From assembly GCA_041905385.1 (NCBI GenBank), contig JAYRLF010000003.1:1-38541 (forward strand): 38,541 nt of DNA. Direction: 5' to 3'. A program made the translations under genes and the position numbers. The stretch comes from Allosphingosinicella sp. Lineage in GTDB: Bacteria; Pseudomonadota; Alphaproteobacteria; Sphingomonadales; Sphingomonadaceae. Under the pieces are notes generated by a model that saw only the letters and a list, made by a program, of their open reading frames with translations, was not told the DNA's origin and made no database searches. Shown here one piece after another: positions 1-8,378 of the stretch. How positions within the stretch are numbered: the first letter of the stretch is position 1; each line of letters begins with the position of its first letter.

Positions 1-155
1 GTATAGAGGCCCGATTGCTCGATCCCGGCGCGCTCGCCGAACGCGTCGGCGGCGCTGCTCACGGCATTGTCCTGGGCGACCGCCGGCGCGGCGGCCGCGA
101 GCGTCAGGGCCGTCCCGCCGATCCGGGACAAGGACGCGACGACGTCAGCGCGCAT
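1..155 (-). CDS. TonB-dependent receptor, N-terminal part (continues off the left edge)
   Basis: Not in the ORF track. Manual minus-strand translation from ATG at 155 gives MRADVVASLSRIGGTALTLAAAPAVAQDNAVSSAADAFGERAGIEQSGLY: a signal peptide (AVA|QD) followed by a DAFG...G.Y plug-start motif of the kind seen in alphaproteobacterial TonB receptors. Confidence 0.7.
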   Translation of the reverse strand, partial: MRADVVASLSRIGGTALTLAAAAPAVAQDNAVSSAADAFGERAGIEQSGLY

Positions 156-171
156 GGCGCGCCTCGACGAT

Positions 172-276
172 TAAAGCATCGTGCGAAAAAGTGGGAACCG
201 GTTTTTCGCAATAACGATGCGACAACAAACACCTAGAGCATCGTGCGCGATTCATAAATCGCCCGCGATGCTCTAG
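172..276. repeat. Alphaproteobacterial palindromic intergenic element (RIME/Bru-RS-like)
   Basis: Two hairpins: GCATCGT-GCGAAAAAGTGGGAACCGGTTTTTCGCA-ATA-ACGATGC and CTAGAGCATCG...CGATGCTCTAG. The AAAAGTGGGAACCGGTTTT core and CTAGAGCAT ends are typical of this repeat class. Confidence 0.75.
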
Positions 277-361
277 CAGTTGCGCGGCGCCGGTCATGAA
301 CTGCCTCCCTTGGCCATGTCGCGCTTAGGCTAGGGGCGTGGGTCGGCCGGCCGAACACGGC

Positions 362-393
362 TCGCTGCAGCGTTCCGGCATTTCGCTGCATCG
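362..393. promoter_or_regulatory. Putative LytTR-binding direct repeat
   Basis: TCGCTGCAgCG (362-372) and TCGCTGCAtCG (383-393), 21-bp period, between the divergent receptor gene and the LytS/LytTR pair. Confidence 0.55.
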
Positions 394-430
394 ATGCGGC
401 GTTTTCCGCGGCTTGGACTAAGGTCGCCTC

Positions 431-1534
431 ATGACTTCGTCCGCCTCACCTCCCGCGCAGCTGATCGGCTGGCGATGGATCGCCCTCTTCTGGGCCGCCG
501 CCGCGACCTTCGAGGCCACCCAGTCCATCTTCATCCAGCACAGCATGGGGCGGCACGGCGGCGAGGTCTTGCTCTTCCTGACCGAGCTGTTCGGTTGGCT
601 GCCCTGGGCGCTGGCGACGCCCTTCGTCATCGAGCTGGCGCGGCGCCATCCGATCGTTCCCGCCCCGACGCTACGCGGCATCGCCGCGCATCTCGCGACC
701 TTCCTGTTCGTCACCCTGATCGCGGAAGCCTGGTCGGCGGGCTTGCACATGCTCCTCAACCCCTGGGCGCATCGCCAGGCGCCGACCTTCTGGGACACGC
801 TGAGCGCGACCCTCATCTTCCACGGGCTGATCTGCGTATTCGCTTATGCATTGATCCTGGCCATCACCTATCTGGTCGACTCGAGCGAAAAGGTCGCGCG
901 CAAGGCGGCCGAGGCCGCCTCGCTCAACGAAGAGCTCTCCAAGGCCCAGCTCGCGGCGCTGCGCCGCCAGATGGAGCCGCATTTCATGTTCAACACGCTC
1001 AACAGCATCGCCGGCCTGGTCCGCGACGACCGCAAGGCCGCGGCGGTCGACATGATCGTCGGCCTCAGCGAGATCTTGCGACGCAGCTCCCAGGACCTGC
1101 ACAAGCCGGAGGTGACGCTGGCCGAGGAGGTCGAATATCTTCAGCGCTATGTCGATATCGAGAAGGTCCGCTTCGGCGAGCGGCTCGGCTACAGCGTCGA
1201 TATTCCGGAGACGTTGATGGAGGCGCGGGTTCCGAGCCTGCTGCTTCAGCCGCTGGTCGAGAATGCCATCAAGCACGGCCTCGCGACGCGCGTGGTCGGC
1301 GGCGAGATCCGCGTCGCGGCGACGGCGAAAGACGCGGCCCTCTGCCTCAGCGTCTACAATGACGGCGCGGCCTTCGCGGCCGATTGGGAATCGAACGGTG
1401 CCGGACTCGGTCTCGCCAATCTGCGCACGCGGCTGCGGATCATGCATGGCGACGCCGCCGAGCTCCTTGTCAGGAATGTCGAGAGCGGCGGTGTCGAAGT
1501 GGTCGTGACATTGCCTCTGGTCGGCATCGCATGA
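431..1534 (+). CDS. LytS/YehU-family sensor histidine kinase
   Basis: Four N-terminal TM segments, LRRQMEPHFMFNTLNSI H-box, LLQPLVENAIKHG N-box, NDG and GLGLANLR motifs. Confidence 0.93.
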   Translation: MTSSASPPAQLIGWRWIALFWAAAATFEATQSIFIQHSMGRHGGEVLLFLTELFGWLPWALATPFVIELARRHPIVPAPTLRGIAAHLATFLFVTLIAEAWSAGLHMLLNPWAHRQAPTFWDTLSATLIFHGLICVFAYALILAITYLVDSSEKVARKAAEAASLNEELSKAQLAALRRQMEPHFMFNTLNSIAGLVRDDRKAAAVDMIVGLSEILRRSSQDLHKPEVTLAEEVEYLQRYVDIEKVRFGERLGYSVDIPETLMEARVPSLLLQPLVENAIKHGLATRVVGGEIRVAATAKDAALCLSVYNDGAAFAADWESNGAGLGLANLRTRLRIMHGDAAELLVRNVESGGVEVVVTLPLVGIA

Positions 1535-2277
1535 CGTCGCCCGGCCGGCGCGCCACGCCGATCAGCGCGCTCGTCGTCGACGACGAGCCCCTCGCCCGGC
1601 GCAATCTCACTTTGCTGCTGCAGGGCGACCCCGACATCGGATCGATCGCGGAATGCGCGTCGGGCGCGGAAGCGGTCGCGGCGATCCGCCGCCGCAGGCC
1701 GGATCTGCTGTTCCTCGACATCCAGATGCCGGAATGCGACGGCTTCGACGTCCTCGAGCTGCTGGGCACCGAGCTGCCCCGGGCGATCATCTTCGTCACG
1801 GCGCACGACGATTACGCCCTTCGCGCCTTCGAGGCCGGCGCGCTCGACTATCTGCTGAAGCCGTTCGACGACGCGCGCTTCGCCAGGACGCTGGCCCGCG
1901 CCAGGGAAAAGATCGCGCGCTATGCGTCGGAGCCGGAGCCACTCCGGCGCCTCGTCGTGAAGGCGCCCCGCCAGCTGCTCTTCATCAATGCACCCGACGT
2001 CGATTGGGTCGAGGCCGCCAGCTATTATTCCTACCTGCACGTCGGCCGGGACACCCATGCGATCCGCCGCACCATGAACGAGCTCGAACGCGATCTCGGC
2101 GACGAATTCATGCGCATCCACCGCTCGACCATCGTCAATCTCGCGCGCGTCGCCGGGCTCGAGCTGCAGAGCTCGGGCGATTATGCAGTGGTGCTGCGCA
2201 GCGGCCAGCGGCTGCGGCTGAGCCGGGGATATCGGAAGGCGTTGCACGAGCGTTTGTTGCCGGCCTCCTCCGCATAG
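1531..2277 (+). CDS. LytTR-family response regulator
   Basis: ATGA overlap with the kinase stop. Receiver motifs VVDDEPLAR, FLDIQMP, IFVTA, DYLLKP; LytTR motif FMRIHRSTIVNL. Confidence 0.94.
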   Translation: MTSPGRRATPISALVVDDEPLARRNLTLLLQGDPDIGSIAECASGAEAVAAIRRRRPDLLFLDIQMPECDGFDVLELLGTELPRAIIFVTAHDDYALRAFEAGALDYLLKPFDDARFARTLARAREKIARYASEPEPLRRLVVKAPRQLLFINAPDVDWVEAASYYSYLHVGRDTHAIRRTMNELERDLGDEFMRIHRSTIVNLARVAGLELQSSGDYAVVLRSGQRLRLSRGYRKALHERLLPASSA

Positions 2278-2299
2278 CCGGGTGTCCCGCCGGATCGCA

Positions 2300-2332
2300 A
2301 TTTACCGGCAAAATGGGAAAATGCCGGCAAAT
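2300..2332. terminator. Possible terminator hairpin after the response regulator
   Basis: ATTTACCGGCA...TGCCGGCAAAT inverted repeat (one mismatch) about 22 nt after the stop codon. Confidence 0.35.
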
Positions 2333-2421
2333 GCCGAGATATCGTTGAGGTTGGCCTCGGGACAGGCTTCCTTCGTTAAGTACGACCCCAGCCGTTCGCA
2401 GCCTGACTGAATGTTATCCGG

Positions 2422-2447
2422 GTCCGCTTTCGACCCATTGCGGACAT
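2422..2447. repeat. Palindromic repeat R1 (GTCCGC-TTTCGACCCATT-GCGGAC)
   Basis: 6-bp stem. CGACCCATTGCGGACAT recurs exactly at 2821-2837. Confidence 0.75.
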
Positions 2448-2511
2448 ATGAGCGACAAGGCAATCTCGCGGTATGAGGCGAAGTAGGGACCGACCCCAGC
2501 GTCTGTGGAAA

Positions 2512-2781
2512 GTGAGCGACCGGCGAGGCGAAACGCTCGCGGATGACCTTCAAATCTTGCTAAGCGACCTTTGTAAGGGTGCTGGCTTCTGAAGTGCGCT
2601 TGCGAGTGACATTTTACTGGGGCGCGACACGCTGACAACAGATGCTTTCGCAACTGCGGTGCTGGCGGCGGAGGGCTGGCCCCACCCTGAGCATGAACAC
2701 GAGTGGCGACCGCAGTTCGTGAAACTGTTCATCGCTCGCTATGGGTCAGAAATCTCGGTGGCTACCTTTGAACGCGCCTAG
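2512..2781 (+). pseudogene. Small hypothetical protein (~89 aa) with one in-frame TGA
   Basis: GTG at 2512 reads MSDRRGETLADDLQILLSDLCKGAGF*SALASDILLGRDTLTTDAFATAVLAAEGWPHPEHEHEWRPQFVKLFIARYGSEISVATFERA. TGA at 2590-2592, TAG at 2779-2781. Fits between repeats R1 and R2. Confidence 0.6.
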
Positions 2782-2782
2782 T

Positions 2783-2839
2783 GAACGAGTGCTTTCCACC
2801 CTTAGCGGACCGGGCTTCATCGACCCATTGCGGACATTC
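2783..2839. repeat. Tandem palindromic repeats R2a/R2b
   Basis: GAGTGCTTTCCACCCTTAGCGGAC followed by ATCGACCCATTGCGGACATT, immediately after the 2781 stop. Confidence 0.7.
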
Positions 2840-2879
2840 GGCTCATCGGCCACGTTCGAGGTGTGGCTCGGAGAATGGC

Positions 2880-3476
2880 ATGAAACTTCCAATCAGGAAT
2901 TACACCTCCACAGGCCTCACGCTCTCCGTCGAGCCATATTGTGACGAGTATGAGATACCGCCTCAGGGAGAGGCACTCGTTATCCTCGATGATGGGGAGC
3001 CGCACTCGCTGGACTTCCATCCCGAAAACTTCGTGACGCTTTGGAACGAAGGTGGAGGCGATGCGATCGTGGAGATTGTCTCCAAGGAGCAGAATACTGT
3101 CGTTGAGGCGCTCGGCTTCACCAGAAGCTGGCTTCATCAGTATGGGCCGGAGGGCCTTAACGCTGTCAGAGACTTAGACGCCGCCATCGAACGCGAGGAG
3201 AAGGCCGTCGGCTACCTCCGCGCGCGCTTCGCCGCCTATCAAGCCTTGCGCGAAGGCTTTCGTACGAAGGCAGCGGAGATTCAGCCTGCGAGCGCCGATC
3301 TTCCACCATGGAGGGGCAGTGAGACCCTTGCAGGTGCTTACCGCGCTGGCGGCTTAGCTGCCTATTCCAACTATCGGACCCGGCTCAACCCTGGGCTAGT
3401 TGAGCTAGGTGAGGCCCCCTTTGACACTGATACGGCCCGTCGTAAGTTCGATGAGGCAGACGCAATGATCAGCTGA
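2880..3476 (+). CDS. Hypothetical protein (198 aa)
   Basis: ATG at 2880 preceded by GGAGA (MKLPIRNYTSTG...). More A/T-ending codons than flanking genes. No family recognised. Confidence 0.7.
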   Translation: MKLPIRNYTSTGLTLSVEPYCDEYEIPPQGEALVILDDGEPHSLDFHPENFVTLWNEGGGDAIVEIVSKEQNTVVEALGFTRSWLHQYGPEGLNAVRDLDAAIEREEKAVGYLRARFAAYQALREGFRTKAAEIQPASADLPPWRGSETLAGAYRAGGLAAYSNYRTRLNPGLVELGEAPFDTDTARRKFDEADAMIS

Positions 3477-3497
3477 AGCAGCTGGTCATTGACAGAC

Positions 3498-3525
3498 GAA
3501 TGTCCACTTTCCACTGCGGACAGTC
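3498..3525. repeat. Degenerate palindromic repeat R3
   Basis: GAATGTCCACTTTCCACTGCGGACAGTC matches the R1/R2 consensus with a short deletion; starts about 21 nt after the 3476 stop. Confidence 0.65.
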
Positions 3526-3533
3526 TGCAAACC

Positions 3534-4424
3534 TTAGCGAGCCCGTAAGGTGGCGATGGCCGCCCTAAGGTCGCCACCGGCCGCCTGCAATGTGGCCGCG
3601 GCGTGTGTCGGCGTCGCGCCCAAAGCGATCAGCGCCGCAAGCCTGATGTCGCCGTTCGCTTGCGCTAGCGCGTCTTCGGCAATCGATTTGTCCCCCTGCG
3701 CGATGGCGCGGACCATCTCGACCGCGCGGCCCTGGAGCTTGCGGTTCGACAGCCGCATGCTGACCATCAAGCCCGCATAGACGCGCCCCAACCGCAGCAT
3801 CACCGCCGTCGAGAAGGTGTTGAGCGCGATCTTCTGCGCGGTTCCGGCCTTCATGCGCGTGGAGCCGGCGACGATCTCGGCGCCCGTGTCGAGTAGGATC
3901 GGATGCGCGACCGCCGCGAGCAAGGGCGCGTCTTCATTGTTGGCGATTCCGATCGTCAGCGCGCCTGCCGCTTCGGCGGTGCGCAGGGCCGCGACGGTGT
4001 AGGGCGTGCGGCCGCTGGCGGCGACGCCGATCGCCACGTCGCTGGGCGTCGGCGCGAGGCCGCGCATCTCCGCCTCGCCGGCCGCCACATCGTCCTCGGC
4101 GCCCTCGACACTGGACAGGAGCGCGTCCGGGCCGCCGGCGAGCAAGGTGGCGACGCGCTCGCCACCCCAGTCGAACGTCGGACCCAGCTCCACGCCGTCG
4201 ATCGCCGCGATCCGCCCGGAGGTGCCCGCGCCGACATAGATGAGGCGGCCGTTCGGGCCCTTCAGCCGGTTTGCGGCCTCCTCCGCCGCATTGGCGATCC
4301 GCTCGGCCTGGGACTGGACCGCGGCCGCTGCAGCAAGCTGCCCTTCGAGCATGGCCTGCACCGCCTGCTCGGTCGGCCAGAGATCGAGCTCGGCAAATCG
4401 GGCGCTGACGTCTTCAGTCGACAA
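3534..4424 (-). CDS. murQ: N-acetylmuramic acid 6-phosphate etherase
   Basis: GRLIYVGAGTSGR, ELGPTF, EGAED, ASGRTPY, EIVAGSTRMKAGTAQK. TTG start at 4424 chosen for its upstream GGGAG RBS. Confidence 0.93.
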   Translation of the reverse strand: MSTEDVSARFAELDLWPTEQAVQAMLEGQLAAAAAVQSQAERIANAAEEAANRLKGPNGRLIYVGAGTSGRIAAIDGVELGPTFDWGGERVATLLAGGPDALLSSVEGAEDDVAAGEAEMRGLAPTPSDVAIGVAASGRTPYTVAALRTAEAAGALTIGIANNEDAPLLAAVAHPILLDTGAEIVAGSTRMKAGTAQKIALNTFSTAVMLRLGRVYAGLMVSMRLSNRKLQGRAVEMVRAIAQGDKSIAEDALAQANGDIRLAALIALGATPTHAAATLQAAGGDLRAAIATLRAR

Positions 4425-4526
4425 GTTTGCATCTCCCGCTTTCGATCGCGCGGTTCGAAACGGACGAAATCGACATCCCGCCGTCACGCTCTGTTGCTAT
4501 CATCGTTCGCCACGCTATCCGAGCAG

Positions 4527-5402
4527 ATGATGGAAATGTATCTTGGAATAGACGGCGGCGGCTCGCACACCCGCGCGCGGCTGGTTTCGGAGGACGGCGA
4601 GGTCCTGGGCAGCGGCGAAGCCGGGCCGGCCAACACGCCGTCCGGCCTGGCACAGGGGCTTTTGGCCATCGAGGATGCTTATTCCCAGGCGGTGGCCGAG
4701 GCCGGCCTGACGGCGACGCAAATCGCCTCGATCCATGCCGGCATGGGCATTGCCGGGCTCAACCGGCGCGGCGTCCTCGACGGTCTCAAGGCCCATCCCT
4801 TCCCGTTCGCGACGACCGGTTTCGCCAGCGACGCCGCGATCGCCAATCTCGGCGCGCACGCCGGCGGCGACGGCGCGATCATCGTCGTCGGGACCGGAAG
4901 CATCGGCTTCGCCCGCGTCGGCGAGGACATCTTCACGATCGGCGGCTACGGCTTTCCGCTCTCGGACGAAGGCAGCGGCGCCGAGCTCGGCCTGCGCTCC
5001 ATCCGCCGGGCCCTGTGGGCGCGCGACGGACGCATCCCCCACTCGCCAATGACGCAGGAGCTGCTCGATCGCTTTCACGGGTCGGCGGGCGAGATCGTCG
5101 ATTGGGCGATGCGGGCGACCCCGGCCGATTATGCGTCCTTCGCGCCGATGGTGCTGGACCATGCCCTCCATGGCGAGCCGAACGCGGAGCTGATCGTCCA
5201 GGAATCGGCGCGGCGGATCGAAGCGATCATTCGCACCATGCTGGAGCGCGGCGCGCCTTATTGCTGCCTGATGGGCGGCATGGCCACCGCCATGCGGGAC
5301 TGGCTGTCGCCGAGCATCCGGGAACAGCTGCGCGAGCCCCTCGGCGATCCGCTGGACGGCGCGATCCTCCTCGCCCGAGCGCGGGCGGGAAAACAGGACT
5401 AA
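4527..5402 (+). CDS. nagK: BadF/BadG/BcrA/BcrD-family N-acetylglucosamine/glucosamine kinase
   Basis: YLGIDGGGSHTRA, GTGSIG, GGYGFPLSDEGSGAELG; amino-sugar gene context. Start may be 4527, 4530 or 4536. Confidence 0.85.
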   Translation: MMEMYLGIDGGGSHTRARLVSEDGEVLGSGEAGPANTPSGLAQGLLAIEDAYSQAVAEAGLTATQIASIHAGMGIAGLNRRGVLDGLKAHPFPFATTGFASDAAIANLGAHAGGDGAIIVVGTGSIGFARVGEDIFTIGGYGFPLSDEGSGAELGLRSIRRALWARDGRIPHSPMTQELLDRFHGSAGEIVDWAMRATPADYASFAPMVLDHALHGEPNAELIVQESARRIEAIIRTMLERGAPYCCLMGGMATAMRDWLSPSIREQLREPLGDPLDGAILLARARAGKQD

Positions 5403-5421
5403 CGCGGGCTACAATCCAAGG

Positions 5422-5515
5422 GAGTCATTCCGGCGAAAGCCGGAACCCATGAACACTGCGGCTCGAAATCGGACACGGCGGTGTGTATGGGCCCCGGCTT
5501 TCGCCGGGGTGACTC
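5422..5515. repeat. REP-like inverted doublet between convergent genes
   Basis: GAGTCATTCCGGCGAAAGCCGGAACCCAT ... ATGGGCCCCGGCTTTCGCCGGGGTGACTC: two GAAA-loop hairpins in inverted orientation. Confidence 0.8.
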
Positions 5516-5535
5516 GGTGAGGATCTGGCCCGATT

Positions 5536-6666
5536 TCACCGCCCGGATATCCAGGTCTCGATCACCTCGCCCTTGCCATCGACCAGAACCAGATCGGCTC
5601 GCAGTCCGGCCCTGATCGAGCCGCGCTCGCCCGCAAATCCCATCACCGAAGCGGGCACCTCGCTCGCCATCCGGACCGCCGTCGCGAGGTCCACGCCCAT
5701 CAGCCGCACGGCGTTGCGGACGGCCGCGGCCATGTCGAGATTGGATCCCGCCAGCGTGCCGTCGGCGGACGTGCAGCGGTCGCCGTCGCACCGGATAAGC
5801 TGGCCGCCCAGCCGGAATTCGCTCTGGTCCGACCCGACCGGGGGCATGGCGTCGGTGACGAGCACCAGTTTCTCGGCGCCTTTCGCGGCGAGCGCGACGC
5901 GCAGACTGGCCGGGTGGACGTGGTGGCCGTCGACGATCAGGCCGCACCAGCTCGGCCGATGCTCGAGCGCCGCGCCGACCGCCCCCGGCTCGCGGCTGCC
6001 GAGCTGGGTCATCGCGTTGAACAGATGGGTGAACCCGCTCAGCCCCTCGGCGAAGGCGGCGCGCACATCTTCATAAGTGGCTGCCGTATGGCCGGCAGCG
6101 ACCACCACGCCGCGATCAACCAATGCGCGGATCGCGCCCGGCGGCGCCAGCTCCGGGGCAAGCGTGACCAAAGTGCGGCCGTGACGGAGCGAGGAAAGAA
6201 GGTCCACCGCCTGCTCGTCGAGGATCCGGAACTTGGCCGCATCGTGGATGCCCTTGCGCGCCTGATTCAGGAACGGCCCCTCGACATGGATACCGAGCAC
6301 GCCCGCTATTCCGCGCTCGATCGCGTCATCCACCGCCCGGATCGCGCGCGCCACAGTGTCGAGATCGTCGCTGATCAGGGTGGGCAGGAAGCCGGTCGTG
6401 CCGAAGCGCCGGTGCGCCTCGCCGATCGCCTTTATGCCCTCGACCGTAGGATGATCGTTGAACAGGATTCCGCCGCCGCCATTCACCTGCAGGTCGATGA
6501 AGCCCGGGACGAGGTCGCCGTCCAGCGCCCGTCGCGAGATATCGGCCGGACACGCCGCGGACGGCATCGCGTCGACGATCAGCCCTTCGTCCACAAGGAC
6601 GCACCAGTCCGGCTGGAACCCGTCCGGCGTCAGGACGCGCGAGGCATGGAGCGCGACCGGGCTCAT
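5536..6666 (-). CDS. nagA: N-acetylglucosamine-6-phosphate deacetylase
   Basis: PGFIDLQVNGGGG, GIHVEGPFL, TLAPE, THLFNAM, DGHHVHP, VTDAM, GTLAGS. Confidence 0.96.
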   Translation of the reverse strand: MSPVALHASRVLTPDGFQPDWCVLVDEGLIVDAMPSAACPADISRRALDGDLVPGFIDLQVNGGGGILFNDHPTVEGIKAIGEAHRRFGTTGFLPTLISDDLDTVARAIRAVDDAIERGIAGVLGIHVEGPFLNQARKGIHDAAKFRILDEQAVDLLSSLRHGRTLVTLAPELAPPGAIRALVDRGVVVAAGHTAATYEDVRAAFAEGLSGFTHLFNAMTQLGSREPGAVGAALEHRPSWCGLIVDGHHVHPASLRVALAAKGAEKLVLVTDAMPPVGSDQSEFRLGGQLIRCDGDRCTSADGTLAGSNLDMAAAVRNAVRLMGVDLATAVRMASEVPASVMGFAGERGSIRAGLRADLVLVDGKGEVIETWISGR

Positions 6667-7697
6667 CGCGTCTCGGTGACCTTGCGCAGGTGGGGCGGAC
6701 GATCCGGATCGAACCCGCGGGCGAGGCTCAGCGCGACGGCGAACCGGTAGAAGCTCTGGATCGTCGCGATCGGCGCGAGCGCCGGGTGAAGTCCTGGAAG
6801 GAAGGGGAGCGTCGACGCGCCCTCGCGCGCGCCGCCCGCCATCATGACCTGGGCGCCGCGATCGATGAAGTCGCCGGCGAGGGTGGCGAAGGCGTCGCGC
6901 CCTTCGTCATTGGGGATCAGCATCATGACCGGGAAACCGGCGCCGACCAGCGCCATCGGCCCGTGCTTCACTTCCGCGGCGCTATAGGCTTCCGCGTGGA
7001 GGCCGCAGGTCTCCTTGAGCTTCAGCGCCGCTTCCTGCGCGACCGCATAGCTCAAGCCGCGGCCGAGAACGAACAGGCTGCTTGCGCCGGACAAAGCGGC
7101 GACGGCCGGCGACCAGTCCAGCGCCCAGGCCTCGCGAAGCACCCGTGGGCTTTCCGCCAAGGCGCGGTGGAGATCCTCCTCGTCGACCCAGGCCGCCACC
7201 AGGCCCAATATGGCGAGCAGGGAGGCGATGAACGATTTGGTCGCGGCGACGCTCCGTTCCGAGCCGGCCAGGAGCGGGATCGTCACCTCGGCCAGCTCCG
7301 CCAGCGGCGAATCGACATCGTTGACGATCGCGACCACGCACGCCCCGGCCTCCTTCGCCGCCCGCGCCGAGACGAGGATGTCGGGGCTCCGCCCGGATTG
7401 CGAGATGGCGAGAAACAGCGCGCCGCCGAGATGCCGCCACGGCGTCGCGTAGAGCGACGAAGTCGAGGGGGCGAAGGAGGCGACCGGCGTGCGGGCGCGG
7501 GTCTCGATCAGATATTTGGCGAAGGTCGCCGCATGGTCGGAGCTCCCCCGCGCGCAAGTGATCACCAACGGCGGATCCTTCGCGCGAAGCCGCCGACCCA
7601 TCGCCTGCAGGTCCTGCTTCAGCTCGGCCAGCTGCCGCTCCGCGACGGACGCGGCTTCCGCCGCTTCCGCGTACATCAGCGTCGTCGTCGGGCCCAT
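6663..7697 (-). CDS. nagB: SIS-domain glucosamine-6-phosphate deaminase (NagB-II, GlmS C-terminal-like)
   Basis: ARGSSDHA, SQSGRSPD, VAATKSF, EAALKLKET, EVKHGP, HLRKVTET; translationally coupled to nagA. Confidence 0.88.
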   Translation of the reverse strand: MGPTTTLMYAEAAEAASVAERQLAELKQDLQAMGRRLRAKDPPLVITCARGSSDHAATFAKYLIETRARTPVASFAPSTSSLYATPWRHLGGALFLAISQSGRSPDILVSARAAKEAGACVVAIVNDVDSPLAELAEVTIPLLAGSERSVAATKSFIASLLAILGLVAAWVDEEDLHRALAESPRVLREAWALDWSPAVAALSGASSLFVLGRGLSYAVAQEAALKLKETCGLHAEAYSAAEVKHGPMALVGAGFPVMMLIPNDEGRDAFATLAGDFIDRGAQVMMAGGAREGASTLPFLPGLHPALAPIATIQSFYRFAVALSLARGFDPDRPPHLRKVTETR

Positions 7698-7763
7698 TCG
7701 GCAATCGTCCCTATCGTCCGGCGGTCCCTAACCGAGCCGAATTGGCAAAGCCACCGGCAGGGA

Positions 7764-8375
7764 TCACGCGGCGGTTCGGGCGCGCCGCTGCCGCACCGAC
7801 CGCACCAGGAAAAACAGCGCGAATTCCGTGGCGATGAGGATGGCGGAGGCCCACAGGCCGACCGTGGTCGGCGATTGCGACGAGCCCTGCAGCACGAAGC
7901 CGAGCGTGAGGAAGGTGAGGTTCCAGGGCAATATCCCCAGCGCGGCCGCGGCCGAGAACGAGGCCAGCGGCAGTCTCAGCACGCCGGCAGGCAGGCCCAG
8001 ATAGACGCGCGCGACCGGCACCGTCTGGCCCAGCATCGTGACGACGAAGCGATTGCCCCGATAGGACGCGGCCAGGCGATGATAGGTCGGCAGCTTGAAG
8101 AAGATATATTTGCCGTAACGCGCCACGGCGGCCTCGACCCGATGCTCGCCGAGCCATCGACCCAGGCCGTACCAGCCCAACGACCCGGCCAGCGATCCCG
8201 CGATGGTCACGACCAGAAGCGCGAGCAGCCCGGTTTGGCTCTCGGCCGTCATGCCGAGCAGCATGAACAGGACATAGGACGGCACGACCGGGATGAACTT
8301 CTCCAGAAAGGAGATGGCGAACATGCCGATCAGCCCGAAGCTGAGGAAGGTCGGGATGATCTCGCCGGGCGACAT
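7764..8375 (-). CDS. dedA: DedA-family membrane protein
   Basis: FLEKFIPVVPS, GSLAGSLGWYGLGR, PVARVYLGLPAG; multiple TM segments. Confidence 0.88.
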   Translation of the reverse strand: MSPGEIIPTFLSFGLIGMFAISFLEKFIPVVPSYVLFMLLGMTAESQTGLLALLVVTIAGSLAGSLGWYGLGRWLGEHRVEAAVARYGKYIFFKLPTYHRLAASYRGNRFVVTMLGQTVPVARVYLGLPAGVLRLPLASFSAAAALGILPWNLTFLTLGFVLQGSSQSPTTVGLWASAILIATEFALFFLVRSVRQRRARTAA

Positions 8376-8378
8376 GGA

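Noticed and set aside
15-236. 73-aa plus-strand ORF ending LKHRAKKWEPVFR
   Set aside because: It is antisense to the receptor gene, and its tail is just the translated palindromic repeat.
2422-3525. CRISPR array or classical integron
   Set aside because: The spacers are gene-sized, the repeats are degenerate, and there are no cas or intI genes or attC consensus ends.
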